This document shows positions 21,489 to 30,575 of a stretch of 43,346 bases of DNA, in pieces. Position 1 is the stretch's first letter; each line of letters begins with the position of its first letter. The notes under the pieces are model-generated. The model did no database searches, was not told the origin of the DNA, and saw only the letters and a program-made list of their open reading frames with translations. Source of the stretch: Candidatus Eiseniibacteriota bacterium (lineage in GTDB: Bacteria > Eisenbacteria > RBG-16-71-46 > JABDJR01 > JAWXBZ01); contig JAWXBZ010000218.1 in assembly GCA_034440375.1 (NCBI GenBank), positions 1 through 43,346 on the forward strand, given 5' to 3'. The position numbers and the translations under genes were made by a program.

Positions 21489-22391
21489 TCAGACCTTTTC
21501 CGGCACGGCCTTGCCGAGCAGACCTGCCGGCTTGAAGAGCAGAATGACGACGAGCAGGACGAAGGCGATGGCATCGCGATAGGTCGAGGAGAGGTACCCC
21601 GACACCATGGTTTCGGAAATGCCGAGGATCAGCGCGCCGAGCACCGCGCCGGGAATGTTTCCGACGCCCCCCAGCACGGCGGCCACGAAGGCCTTGAGTC
21701 CCGGCAGGAGACCCATGAGCGGCTCGATCTTGGGATTGGACAGGCCGACCAGGATGCCGGCCGCCGCCGCGAGCATCGAACCGACCACGAACGTCCACGA
21801 GATGACTGCGTCGATGTCGATTCCCATGAGGCGGGATGCGTCATGGCTGAACGAAACGGCGCGCATCGCCCGGCCGGTCTTTGTCTGGAAGATGACGTAC
21901 TGCAGGGCGGTCATGAGCACGAGCGACACCACGATGATGATGAGCTGGATGTTGGTGATGATCAGGCCGCCTGACTGGAAGATCGGCTTGTTTTCGATGA
22001 GGGTCGGGAAGAACTTCGGGTCGGCGCCAAAGATCACCTGGCCACCGTTTTCCAGCAGAAGGGAGACGCCGATGGCCGTGATCAGCGCCGTCAGCTTGCT
22101 TCGATTGCGCAGTGGTCGGTAGGCCGCCCGCTCGATGATGAATCCGAGCAAACCGCAGATCAGCATGCTGGCGAGCAGAATCAGGATGAAATGAAGCGAG
22201 TCGGCCTGACCGCCCCAGCCGAGCCAGCGCGTCAGGTAAAAGCCGGCCATCGCCCCGACCATGTAGACATCGCCATGGGCGAAATTGATCAACCGCAGCA
22301 CGCCGTACACCATCGTGTACCCGAGCGCGATCAGGGCATAAATGCTGCCCCACGCCACGCCGTTGATCAGCTGCTGCAGGAACTCGGTCAT
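21489..22391 (-). CDS. livH: Branched-chain amino acid ABC transporter permease LivH
   Basis: QQLING..WGSIYALIALGYTMVYG...INFAHG, GRAMRA, KAFVAAVLGG, KPAGLLG. Confidence 0.93.
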   Translation of the reverse strand: MTEFLQQLINGVAWGSIYALIALGYTMVYGVLRLINFAHGDVYMVGAMAGFYLTRWLGWGGQADSLHFILILLASMLICGLLGFIIERAAYRPLRNRSKLTALITAIGVSLLLENGGQVIFGADPKFFPTLIENKPIFQSGGLIITNIQLIIIVVSLVLMTALQYVIFQTKTGRAMRAVSFSHDASRLMGIDIDAVISWTFVVGSMLAAAAGILVGLSNPKIEPLMGLLPGLKAFVAAVLGGVGNIPGAVLGALILGISETMVSGYLSSTYRDAIAFVLLVVILLFKPAGLLGKAVPEKV

Positions 22392-22422
22392 GTCGTTGTC
22401 GGACTCGCGGTCGGCGCGATGA

Positions 22423-23631
22423 TCAGGGCTCGACCCGTTCGGCGAACTTCAGGGCGCCATTTTCGATCTTCAGGACGACCAGGGCCTTCCGGGCATTGCG
22501 CAGGGCATCGATCGTGATCGAACCCGACACACCTGGAAAGTCCTTCGTTGCGGCCAGCGCATCGCGGATTTTCGGCCCCTCGGTGCTGCCGGCCCGGCCG
22601 ATGGCATCCACGACAAGCCGCAGTACGTCGTAGCCAAGAACGGCCATGGCATCGGGAACCTCGCCGCCGTGGGCCGCCTTGAACTTGATGATGAAGTCCT
22701 GGATCACTGGATTCGGGTCGTCGCTGGCGTAATGGTTCGAGAAATAGGCCCCCTCGATGGCCGCGCCCCCCACCTCCATCGTCTTCGGGCTGTCCCAGCC
22801 GTCCCCGCCGAGCATGACGGCGGAAAGACCCAACTCGCGGGCCTGGCGGGCGATCAGGCCGACTTCCTCGTAGTAGCCGGGCACGAAAAGAATCTCGGGG
22901 TTCGTACCCCTGATCTTGGTGAGCTGAGCCTTGAATTCGATGTCCTTTGCGCTGTACGCCTCCTCGGCCGTGATCGTGCCTCCGAGCTGCGTGAAGGTTT
23001 CCTTGAAGTACTTGGCCAACCCGACCGAGTAGGCCGATTTGACATCAGTGAAAATGGCCGCGGACTTCTTGCCGAGTGAGTTGTAGCCAAACTTGGCCAT
23101 CACTTCGCCCTGGAACGGATCGATGAAGCAGATCCGAAAAATGTAATCACCCTTCTCGGTAACTTCGGGATTCGTGGACGCCGGCGAGACCATCGGAATC
23201 TGTGCCTGCTGCGCCACCGGCGCCGCGGCAATCGAATTGGATGAGGCCACTTCGCCGATCAGCGCCACGACCTTGTCCTGCTGGATGAGCTTCAGCGCCG
23301 ACGTGCGGGCCTCGGTCGACTGGGACCGGTCATCCTCCGTGATGAGTTCAACCGGCCGACCAAGGACGCCGCCCGCCGCATTGATCTCCTGGATGGCGAG
23401 GCGGGCCCCCTTGTCGCACGACTGCCCGAAGTTGGCCGTGCCGCCGGTCATCGACGCAAAATGTCCGATCTTGATGGGGCCTGTGGATGCACCGCCGCCT
23501 GATTTCTTCGGTTCTCCCGAGCCGCCGGTTCCGCTACCGCCCCCCTGACACCCGACCGCCAGCACTCCGACCAGAATCGGGGCGACGACGAGGAGATTGA
23601 AACAATTCAAGACGGAACGAAAATGGGTCAT
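22423..23631 (-). CDS. livK: Branched-chain amino acid ABC transporter substrate-binding lipoprotein (LivJ/K-type)
   Basis: Lipobox AVGC, Gly/Ser linker, IKIG...MTG..A.FG, INAAGGVLG, FRICFIDPFQG, GGDGWDS. Confidence 0.88.
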   Translation of the reverse strand: MTHFRSVLNCFNLLVVAPILVGVLAVGCQGGGSGTGGSGEPKKSGGGASTGPIKIGHFASMTGGTANFGQSCDKGARLAIQEINAAGGVLGRPVELITEDDRSQSTEARTSALKLIQQDKVVALIGEVASSNSIAAAPVAQQAQIPMVSPASTNPEVTEKGDYIFRICFIDPFQGEVMAKFGYNSLGKKSAAIFTDVKSAYSVGLAKYFKETFTQLGGTITAEEAYSAKDIEFKAQLTKIRGTNPEILFVPGYYEEVGLIARQARELGLSAVMLGGDGWDSPKTMEVGGAAIEGAYFSNHYASDDPNPVIQDFIIKFKAAHGGEVPDAMAVLGYDVLRLVVDAIGRAGSTEGPKIRDALAATKDFPGVSGSITIDALRNARKALVVLKIENGALKFAERVEP

Positions 23632-23702
23632 ACCGGCCCCCTTCGGAGGATTCGTGGCGGACGGAGTGAGCGGGTGAGTCAAAATCCCGCAAGTGCCAAC
23701 GG

Positions 23703-23731
23703 AAAGTACGTTTAGCCCAACTCAATGTCAA
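23703..23731 (-). promoter_or_regulatory. Putative sigma70 promoter of the liv operon
   Basis: Minus strand TTGACA (23731-23726), 17 nt, TACTTT (23708-23703), just downstream of the yceI terminator. Confidence 0.6.
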
Positions 23732-23758
23732 GATGCGGTAATGCCACTCCGGGACATG

Positions 23759-23792
23759 AAAAAGCCCGCCACCCAGGTTGCGGGCGGCGGGC
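23759..23792 (-). terminator. Rho-independent terminator after yceI
   Basis: Minus strand GCCCGCCGCCC-GCAACCT-GGGTGGCGGGC-TTTTT: 11-bp stem (one G-U pair), 7-nt loop, U5 tract. Confidence 0.85.
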
Positions 23793-23820
23793 GGAAAGTC
23801 ATCGGGGTCGGTGGGTGGCC

Positions 23821-24450
23821 TTACTTGCCGGCCGGCTTCGCCTCTTCGGGCTTGGCCTTTACCGTCTCGAGGGCGATGGTGATATCGACCTTTTCGGCGA
23901 CGGCGAGGCCGCCGTTGTCGAGGACCTTGCTCCAGCTGACGTTGAAATCCTTGCGGTTGATCGTGCCGGTCGCTTCGAAACCGGCGCGCTGACCGCCCCA
24001 CGCCTCGGTGAAGCCAAGGACGGTGTACATCAGCTCGACCGGCTTGGTGATGCCGTTGATGGTCAGATCGCCCATGACAACGCCGGTTTCCTTGTCCTTG
24101 GGCTTCACGCTGGTCGACTTAAAGGTGATCGTCGGAAACTTGGCCACATCGAAGAAATCCGGGGACTTGAGATGGCCGTCGCGCTTGTCGTTATCTGTGT
24201 CGATGCTGGCGGCATCGATCGTCACGTCGATCTTCGTCTCCTCCAGCTTCGCCGGGTCGAGCATGAGGGTGCCATTGAAATCAGCGAAACGGCCCATGGA
24301 CTTGCTCACGATGTTGTGGCGAACGGTGAAGCCGACGGTGGAATGGCCGGTGTCGATGTCCCAGGTTTCCGGGGCGGCATTGGCGGTGGTGGCTATCAAG
24401 CCAACAGTCAGGACAGACAGGGTCAGGCGGCCGAAAGCAGTCAGTGGCAT
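23821..24450 (-). CDS. yceI: YceI-family lipid/polyisoprenoid-binding secreted protein
   Basis: Signal peptide ending ANA, WDIDTGHS.VGF.VRH, SIDTDN.KRD.HLKS.DFFD...FP, GDLTI.G.TKP, INRKDF; GGAGG SD. Confidence 0.92.
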   Translation of the reverse strand: MPLTAFGRLTLSVLTVGLIATTANAAPETWDIDTGHSTVGFTVRHNIVSKSMGRFADFNGTLMLDPAKLEETKIDVTIDAASIDTDNDKRDGHLKSPDFFDVAKFPTITFKSTSVKPKDKETGVVMGDLTINGITKPVELMYTVLGFTEAWGGQRAGFEATGTINRKDFNVSWSKVLDNGGLAVAEKVDITIALETVKAKPEEAKPAGK

Positions 24451-24556
24451 GAGCAGACTTCCTCCAATGATCAGAGTGGACTGGACTTATAAAGTAAGGG
24501 GTCGCGTGTTAGAACACGAAACAACCCCGCACGGTTCTGGCTTTCTGAATATGAAC

Positions 24557-24583
24557 CTAAGTCATTATTTTTAAATGAGTTAG
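24557..24583. promoter_or_regulatory. AT-rich imperfect inverted repeat (candidate protein-binding or recombinase site)
   Basis: CTAAGTCATT-ATTTTTA-AATGAGTTAG: 10-bp arms with one mismatch and a 7-bp spacer. Confidence 0.5.
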
Positions 24584-24592
24584 ATCCTTAAA

Positions 24593-25573
24593 TCAAAGCC
24601 ACCGGAAAACGCGAAAGACCGCCAGCATTGTAAATACGACCAACAGCAGAATTCCGAAAATGTACCAGAACCCGAACGGGTCGTGGGCCCAGGGTATTTT
24701 ATCGAAGTTCATCCCCCAGAGGCCCGCAATCAAGGTCAGCGGAAGGTTCACGGTCCCGATGACCGTGAGAATCTTCATGACCTCATTCAGCTTCTGCTGG
24801 GACTGCAACCAGTAGACCTCCACCGTTCCATTGACCAGGTCTCGATAAGTCTCGACCAGTTCGGTGAGTCGGATGAGATGATCCTGCACGTCGCGGAGGT
24901 AAACGCGCGTGGACTCCGCGATGACCGGATAGCCGCGCGAACCGAGGGCACTCACGAGGTCGCGCTGCGGGCCGACGATGCGACGCAATGCCAACAGCTC
25001 CTTCTTGATCTGGAAGATCCCCTCGAGCGTCTTTCGATCCAGGCGCTCGAAGAGGTCGCGTTCGGACTCGTCAATTCGATTCTCGATGGAATCGAGAACT
25101 GGAAAGTGCGTGTCGACCATGAGGTCAAGCAGGCTGTAGAAGAGATAGTCTGTTCCCCGCTCCAGGGTGCCGGCGTTGCGGCTGCACTTTTCCTGCAGCG
25201 CGTCGATCTCGGGGCTCTGATCCTCGTGGACCGTAACCAGGAAGTTCGTGCCCAGGAATCCGTCGATTTCGCGCAACCGGATGTCCCCACCCGACGACCC
25301 ATCAACCGCGTGAAACGAGAAAAAAAGAGAGTCGGGATACTCATCCACCTTGGGGCGCTGGGTGCTGTGGTGGCAGTCCTCGACAGCCAGCAGGTGGAAA
25401 TGAAACCGTTGTCCCATGTCTTCCAGCGTTGGAATGTCGATCGTGTCGATGTCGACCCAGAGTCGACTGCTCGGATCGCCGAGGAGTTCCGGCAGGTTGT
25501 CCGGATACCCCTCGATCCGATCGAGGCTACCGTTTCGAAGAAGTCGGGAAACGATGCCCATGCCGACCGACAT
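24593..25573 (-). CDS. corA: CorA-family Mg2+/Co2+ transporter
   Basis: WVDI, FHLLAVEDC, QRPKVDEY, NEVMKILT, signature GMNF, two C-terminal TM helices. Alternative start at 25561. Confidence 0.92.
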   Translation of the reverse strand: MSVGMGIVSRLLRNGSLDRIEGYPDNLPELLGDPSSRLWVDIDTIDIPTLEDMGQRFHFHLLAVEDCHHSTQRPKVDEYPDSLFFSFHAVDGSSGGDIRLREIDGFLGTNFLVTVHEDQSPEIDALQEKCSRNAGTLERGTDYLFYSLLDLMVDTHFPVLDSIENRIDESERDLFERLDRKTLEGIFQIKKELLALRRIVGPQRDLVSALGSRGYPVIAESTRVYLRDVQDHLIRLTELVETYRDLVNGTVEVYWLQSQQKLNEVMKILTVIGTVNLPLTLIAGLWGMNFDKIPWAHDPFGFWYIFGILLLVVFTMLAVFRVFRWL

Positions 25574-26543
25574 AGAAGGAACTGATGACGAGCAGCCCCA
25601 GGAGGAGCGACCAGGTGAGGATGGTTCGGGGAGTGGAGTCCAAGCCGGTCATCGTGCCGCCGGCCAGGAGAACGATGGCAGCCAGGCCGGCCGTGATGCC
25701 CCAGGCCAGTCCAAGGACTGCGCCGATCGTCCATCCCTGTCGAAGGAGCCGGTGATGGATATGCTTGCGGTCGCGTAACAGCGGGTTTCGGCCGGCCAGC
25801 ACCCGACGACCGATCGTCGTGGCCGTTTCGACGATCGGAACGGCAAGGAGGAGCATGACCGCCGAAAAGTGCTCAAAGCCCCGGCCACCGGATGACATCA
25901 GGAGCGGCAGGGCAGCCAGGCAGAAACCGAGGAAGTTGCTTCCGGCATCCCCGAGGTAGACGCGCGCGGGCGGCAGATTGAACCAGAGGAAAGCCAGGCT
26001 GCCACCGGCCAGGGCGGCCGCGAGAACGGCCGCGTCAATGTGGCCCGCATTTCTGGCCAGCGCGAATGCGGCGCCGGCCGCGATCATCGCCACCCCGCCG
26101 GCCAGGCCGTCGACCCCGTCGATCAGATTCAGTGCGTTGGCGCCGCCGACGAGACAAAAGACAGTCAGGAGCCCGTTGCCCCAACCTGGTTCGATGAATC
26201 CGACCGACAGGCCCAGTGCGTAGGTAACACTGGCAGCCACGATCTGGCCGAACAGCTTGACCAGGGGGCTGAGTGTGCGGCGATCGTCAAACCAGCCGAT
26301 CAGACCAATCAGGCTGCCGCCGGCCAGGACCGGAATGAGTCCTGCCGCGGAGCGATGAGCCGAACCAACCGGCAATCGTGTCGCCAGAAGCGCCACCAGG
26401 AGCGTGGCGACTGCCAGGGCCAGGCCGCCCAGCCGCGGCGGACGTTCGTTGGAAGTCGCCAGCCCCATGCCCCGGGGAACCAGCAGCCAGAGCCAGACCA
26501 GGGTCAGCAGACAGACGGTGAGACCGATGCTCAGGTAGGACAA
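25527..26543 (-). CDS. MraY/WecA/TagO-family undecaprenyl-phosphate GlcNAc-1-phosphate transferase (GT4)
   Basis: PRLGGLA, GWFDD, NALNLIDGVDGLA, FNLPPARVYLGDAGS, DRKHIHHRL. Confidence 0.88.
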   Translation of the reverse strand: MSYLSIGLTVCLLTLVWLWLLVPRGMGLATSNERPPRLGGLALAVATLLVALLATRLPVGSAHRSAAGLIPVLAGGSLIGLIGWFDDRRTLSPLVKLFGQIVAASVTYALGLSVGFIEPGWGNGLLTVFCLVGGANALNLIDGVDGLAGGVAMIAAGAAFALARNAGHIDAAVLAAALAGGSLAFLWFNLPPARVYLGDAGSNFLGFCLAALPLLMSSGGRGFEHFSAVMLLLAVPIVETATTIGRRVLAGRNPLLRDRKHIHHRLLRQGWTIGAVLGLAWGITAGLAAIVLLAGGTMTGLDSTPRTILTWSLLLGLLVISSFYVGRHGHRFPTSSKR

Positions 26544-26635
26544 GCGCTATTCTCCCGGACGGTTTTCGGACGGCGTTCGGCGCCCGGTTCATCCCGGCAC
26601 CGAATTTACCCTGTGAACGCTAAACGACGGTGCTC

Positions 26636-27796
26636 ATGCTGACAAGGCAACCCCCCAAATTCTTTATCGGCCGACTCCATCTCCTGCTGTTGATTGCCCT
26701 GCTGAATCCGGGGGAGGCCGGGGCCCACGATTTCGGCGTCACCCCCGGAAAGGTGGTGGTTGACGGGACCACCGTACAACTGACTCTCGAGCTCCACCCC
26801 ATGGATCTGATCCAGAATGTCCTGGCCGAGGAAACGGACCGGGACCGATTCGATGACCTGGCCGAGGTCCGCCGCCACGCCTCTTTGATCCGTGGCTACG
26901 TCGTGCCGCGCGTTCGATTCGCTGCCGACAACTCCCCGATCGTCCTGACGGCCGACCCCGGCTGGCCCTCCGACGACATGGCCATGACCCGGGTCGATTC
27001 CACCGGGAAGGTGGTGGCGGCGTACCTGCCGCTCCGCCTGACGGGCCAGCTGCCGGCCGGGGCGGCGATTCTCGGGATGACTTTTCTGCTGTTTGGCGAG
27101 GGGGAGTTTGTTCCATTGTTCAACATCGTCATCACGGATCCGGACGGTGGAGCCGTCCGGACCGAATTTATGAAAGTGAATCAGTCGGTTCTCGTCGATT
27201 TGAGCCCCTTCCGGGCGCATGCGGGGGGGGACAAGAGCCTCTCAGCGATTATCCTCGATTTCGTGCGGCTCGGCTTTACGCACATTGTGCCGCTCGGCCT
27301 CGACCACATCCTCTTTGTCCTGGGACTCTTCCTGCTCGGCGGCGGCTGGCGCCCCCTGATCAAGCAGGTGACTGCCTTCACGCTGGCGCATTCGCTGACA
27401 CTGGCGCTGGCGATGCTGAATGTGATCCGCCTCCCCGCCCGCGTCGTCGAGCCGATCATCGCCCTTTCGATCGCCTACGTGGCGGTTGAAAACCTGTATC
27501 GTCGCGACGTCAACCGGGGCCGCTGGCTGGTCGTCTTCGCGTTCGGGCTGGTTCATGGCCTGGGGTTCGCCGGGGTCCTTACGGAACTGGGCCTCCCACC
27601 GGGTCGATTTCTGCCGGCCCTGATCGGCTTCAACGTCGGCGTCGAGGGTGGACAGCTAACCGTGCTGGCCCTGGCCGCCCTGGCCACCTGGCCCCTGCGT
27701 GACCGCACCTGGTACCGCCCATGGGTCACCCGACCGGCCTGTATTCTGATTGCGGGGGTCGGTCTCTTCTGGGCGGTGGAACGGGTTCTGCGATAA
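26636..27796 (+). CDS. Signal peptide + extracytoplasmic domain + HupE/UreJ-type membrane domain protein
   Basis: Signal ending AGA|HD; GFTHIVPLGLDHILF, TAFTLAHSLTL, VEPIIALSI, FGLVHGLGFA, FNVGVEGGQL. Confidence 0.85.
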   Translation: MLTRQPPKFFIGRLHLLLLIALLNPGEAGAHDFGVTPGKVVVDGTTVQLTLELHPMDLIQNVLAEETDRDRFDDLAEVRRHASLIRGYVVPRVRFAADNSPIVLTADPGWPSDDMAMTRVDSTGKVVAAYLPLRLTGQLPAGAAILGMTFLLFGEGEFVPLFNIVITDPDGGAVRTEFMKVNQSVLVDLSPFRAHAGGDKSLSAIILDFVRLGFTHIVPLGLDHILFVLGLFLLGGGWRPLIKQVTAFTLAHSLTLALAMLNVIRLPARVVEPIIALSIAYVAVENLYRRDVNRGRWLVVFAFGLVHGLGFAGVLTELGLPPGRFLPALIGFNVGVEGGQLTVLALAALATWPLRDRTWYRPWVTRPACILIAGVGLFWAVERVLR

Positions 27797-27809
27797 ACTC
27801 CCCGCTCCC

Positions 27810-29273
27810 ATGAATCGACGAACCTTCCTGATCCAGGCCGGCGCGGGTGGCGCGGCAATCCTGTCATCCGGGGCGTGGCTTTCCGCCGAATCCGGAGCGG
27901 CACCGGCGCTGGCTGACAGGCTGGCCACGCTCGTGGCTGAACTTGAGATCAAGTTCCCCTATGCCTTCGCGCTGTACACCCGAGATGAGTCGCTGACACT
28001 CGAAGTGAGCGACGACGGGAATCGGCTGACGACGACCGGGCCGAACGAGGGAATCGTGGCGGGGATCTGGGATGGCGGCATGATGCGCGAGGAAGCTACC
28101 TCGATGGCGAATGACGCCGGGATAAGGCGGCTGCGCGACCGCCTCCTGGCGTTTCCGGCGCCGTTGTCGAAGAGTGTGGACATGGATCCAGGGCCGCCGA
28201 TCGTCACGGATCTCACGGAGGCCGGTCGCATTCCGATCGATAGCCGGAGCCTTACCCGGCGGCTGGATGACCTGGCCTCGCTCCGCGCGGCCGTTACGAA
28301 ACGGAGTCCGGCCCTGGCCATGGTGCGACTCGAATCGTTGCAGGGCTCCAGCGAACGGCTCTTCGTCAATCGAACGCGGCGCCTGTACCAGAAACTTTCC
28401 CGTGCCGGCATCGGCGGCGTAGCGATGGCCAGGAAGGGTTCCGGTCGACCGGGCTTTCTCTTCATCCGCCATCGTGGAATCGGGGGCCTCGAGCACGTCG
28501 AATTGTCCGGGCCGGTGGTCGACCGCTGGGTCGAGCGCACCGAACGGCTGGCCGGCGCCCTCCCACCCGAAGCCGGTGAAATGACGGTGGTCACCGAGCC
28601 GAATGTGACCGGCGTCGTGGCGCACGAGTCATTCGGCCATGGCGTCGAGCTCGACATGTTCGTCAAGGGTCGGGCTCGGGCCGCGGCTTTCATCGACAAA
28701 CCGGTCGGCTCGGCCATGGTGAACATCACCGACGACCCGACCCGGGCCGGCGCCTGGGGCTTCTATCACTTTGACGATGAAGGGTGGACGGCCGCTCCGA
28801 CCCGCATCATCGAGAACGGCATTTTCCGACGCGGGCTTTCCGATTCGTTCAGCGCCCGGGCATCGGGTTTGCCCCGCACGGCCAACGGCCGCCGCGAAAG
28901 CTGGGATCACAAGGCGTACGCCCGCATGAGCAACATCTTCTTCGAGCCGGGGCAACAGACGCGCGAGGAGCTGATCCGCGGCGTCACGAAGGGGCTGTTG
29001 GTCGGGCACTTCTCCTCGGGGATCGAGGATCCCAAGGGGTGGGGCATGCAGGTGGTGTGCCAGTACGGCGAGGTGATCGAGAATGGCCGATTGACCGGCC
29101 GGGTCGTCGCCCCCGTGACCCTTTCGGGATATGTGCCCGATGTCCTTGGTTCGGTCGACGGTGTCGCCAACGATCTCGAACTGCCGCCCGGGACCTGTGG
29201 CAAGGGGTACAAGGAGTTCGTCCCCGTCTCATCCGGCGGGCCGACAATCCGCTTCAAGGCGCGGGTGTCGTAA
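27810..29273 (+). CDS. tldD: TldD-family metalloprotease with an N-terminal twin-arginine signal peptide
   Basis: MNRRTFL plus Ala/Gly-rich h-region; HESFGHG.E.D (HExxxH), DDPT, FDDEG, TANGRRES, RMSN, C-terminal CGKG...VPVSSGGP. Confidence 0.88.
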   Translation: MNRRTFLIQAGAGGAAILSSGAWLSAESGAAPALADRLATLVAELEIKFPYAFALYTRDESLTLEVSDDGNRLTTTGPNEGIVAGIWDGGMMREEATSMANDAGIRRLRDRLLAFPAPLSKSVDMDPGPPIVTDLTEAGRIPIDSRSLTRRLDDLASLRAAVTKRSPALAMVRLESLQGSSERLFVNRTRRLYQKLSRAGIGGVAMARKGSGRPGFLFIRHRGIGGLEHVELSGPVVDRWVERTERLAGALPPEAGEMTVVTEPNVTGVVAHESFGHGVELDMFVKGRARAAAFIDKPVGSAMVNITDDPTRAGAWGFYHFDDEGWTAAPTRIIENGIFRRGLSDSFSARASGLPRTANGRRESWDHKAYARMSNIFFEPGQQTREELIRGVTKGLLVGHFSSGIEDPKGWGMQVVCQYGEVIENGRLTGRVVAPVTLSGYVPDVLGSVDGVANDLELPPGTCGKGYKEFVPVSSGGPTIRFKARVS

Positions 29274-29276
29274 CGG

Positions 29277-30575
29277 ATGCCGACGCCGAAGAATCCGATC
29301 GAGCGACTGAAGGCCATCCCCGGCCTCTCGGCCTGGGTGGTGTCGAGCCGCCGCACCCGACGCGAGGAAATCTACTTCCGCCGGAACGAAACCGAGAGCC
29401 GCCGCTCGGTGGAAAACCTGGGCGGACGGGTCGACCTCTTCACGACGAACGGTGATCGAACCGGTCGCGGCTCGTTCGATATCCAGGCCGGTGATCCCGC
29501 GGCGTTTGACCGGCAGATTGAAAAGGCCATGACCCTGGCCAGGCTCGGCAGCGAGTTGCCATTTCCCCTGGCCGGAAAATCCGAGTACGGCAAGGTATAC
29601 CTGCTCGACCCCGAAGCGCGCGACAGCCTCGAGACCATGCCCTCGCGAGCCCGGGCGGCGATCCAGGAAGGGGTCGGACGGACCAGGGACGTCCGGCTCG
29701 CCGCGGCCGAGGTCTTCGTCACCAAGACAAACACGGCGGTGATCAACAGTGCGGGGGCCGCGGCGGAAAACGACGAGTCGAGCTACTTCGTCGAAGTCGT
29801 GCTGATGGCCGGTTCGGGCGCCGGGGAACAGGAACACCAGGCCAGGTGGCGAAAGCGGCGCTTCGAGGACCTTGATCTGGCGACTGCCGTTCAGCGCGAA
29901 GGGGAACGGGCCATCGATCGCCTGTCGGCGGTCAAGCCGTCGGCAGGGGCCACGCCGGTTGTCTTCGGCCCGGAACTGCTGGGCGACATGATCGCATTCC
30001 TGGTGCCGCTGGCCTCGGGGGCCAGCGCTTTCCGCAAGGACGGCGCCCTGACCATCGGAGAGCCGATCGCCGAACTCGGCGCTGATGCCGGCGATCCGCT
30101 AATCGTCGAGCTGGACGCCCTCTTCCCGTTCGGCCCCTTGTCGTACCGGATCGACGCCCTCGGAACGGCCGGGACAAATGTTCGGATCATCGAGAACGGT
30201 ACGTTTGTCCGACCGCATGCCGACGCGCAGTTCGCTCATTACCTGAAACTGGACCGGGCCACCGGTGCGCCCGGTACGCCGCAGCTGCCGCTCGGAAAGC
30301 TCGCGTCGGCCGACCTCCGACGCGATCGGTACCTGGAAATCGTGTCGGTATCCGATCTCGTCCCCTCGCGCGGCTCGGGGCGCTTTTCCGCCGAGATCCG
30401 GCTGGGCTACGAAGTGACGGGCTCGACCCGCCGCCCGGTGGCCGGCGGCACGCTGACCGGCAACGTGTTCGAGGTCCTGAGCCGGGCTCGCTGGTCGAAG
30501 GAGGTGTCGCTCCACGACCGATACGTGGGACCGGATCTCGCCCGTGTCGAGAGTGGCCTCACGGTGGTCGCGTGA
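29277..30575 (+). CDS. TldE/PmbA-family partner subunit
   Basis: Follows tldD by 3 nt; lacks HExxH; SY.ID..G, IIENG, SG.FS.EIRLGY, GG..TGN as in PmbA-type C-terminal domains. No signal peptide. Confidence 0.78.
   Translation: MPTPKNPIERLKAIPGLSAWVVSSRRTRREEIYFRRNETESRRSVENLGGRVDLFTTNGDRTGRGSFDIQAGDPAAFDRQIEKAMTLARLGSELPFPLAGKSEYGKVYLLDPEARDSLETMPSRARAAIQEGVGRTRDVRLAAAEVFVTKTNTAVINSAGAAAENDESSYFVEVVLMAGSGAGEQEHQARWRKRRFEDLDLATAVQREGERAIDRLSAVKPSAGATPVVFGPELLGDMIAFLVPLASGASAFRKDGALTIGEPIAELGADAGDPLIVELDALFPFGPLSYRIDALGTAGTNVRIIENGTFVRPHADAQFAHYLKLDRATGAPGTPQLPLGKLASADLRRDRYLEIVSVSDLVPSRGSGRFSAEIRLGYEVTGSTRRPVAGGTLTGNVFEVLSRARWSKEVSLHDRYVGPDLARVESGLTVVA

Noticed and set aside
24510-24538. ECF-type promoter (GAACCG...TCTAA) for yceI
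   Set aside because: The spacer is 18 nt, longer than the usual 16-17, so it is too weak to call.
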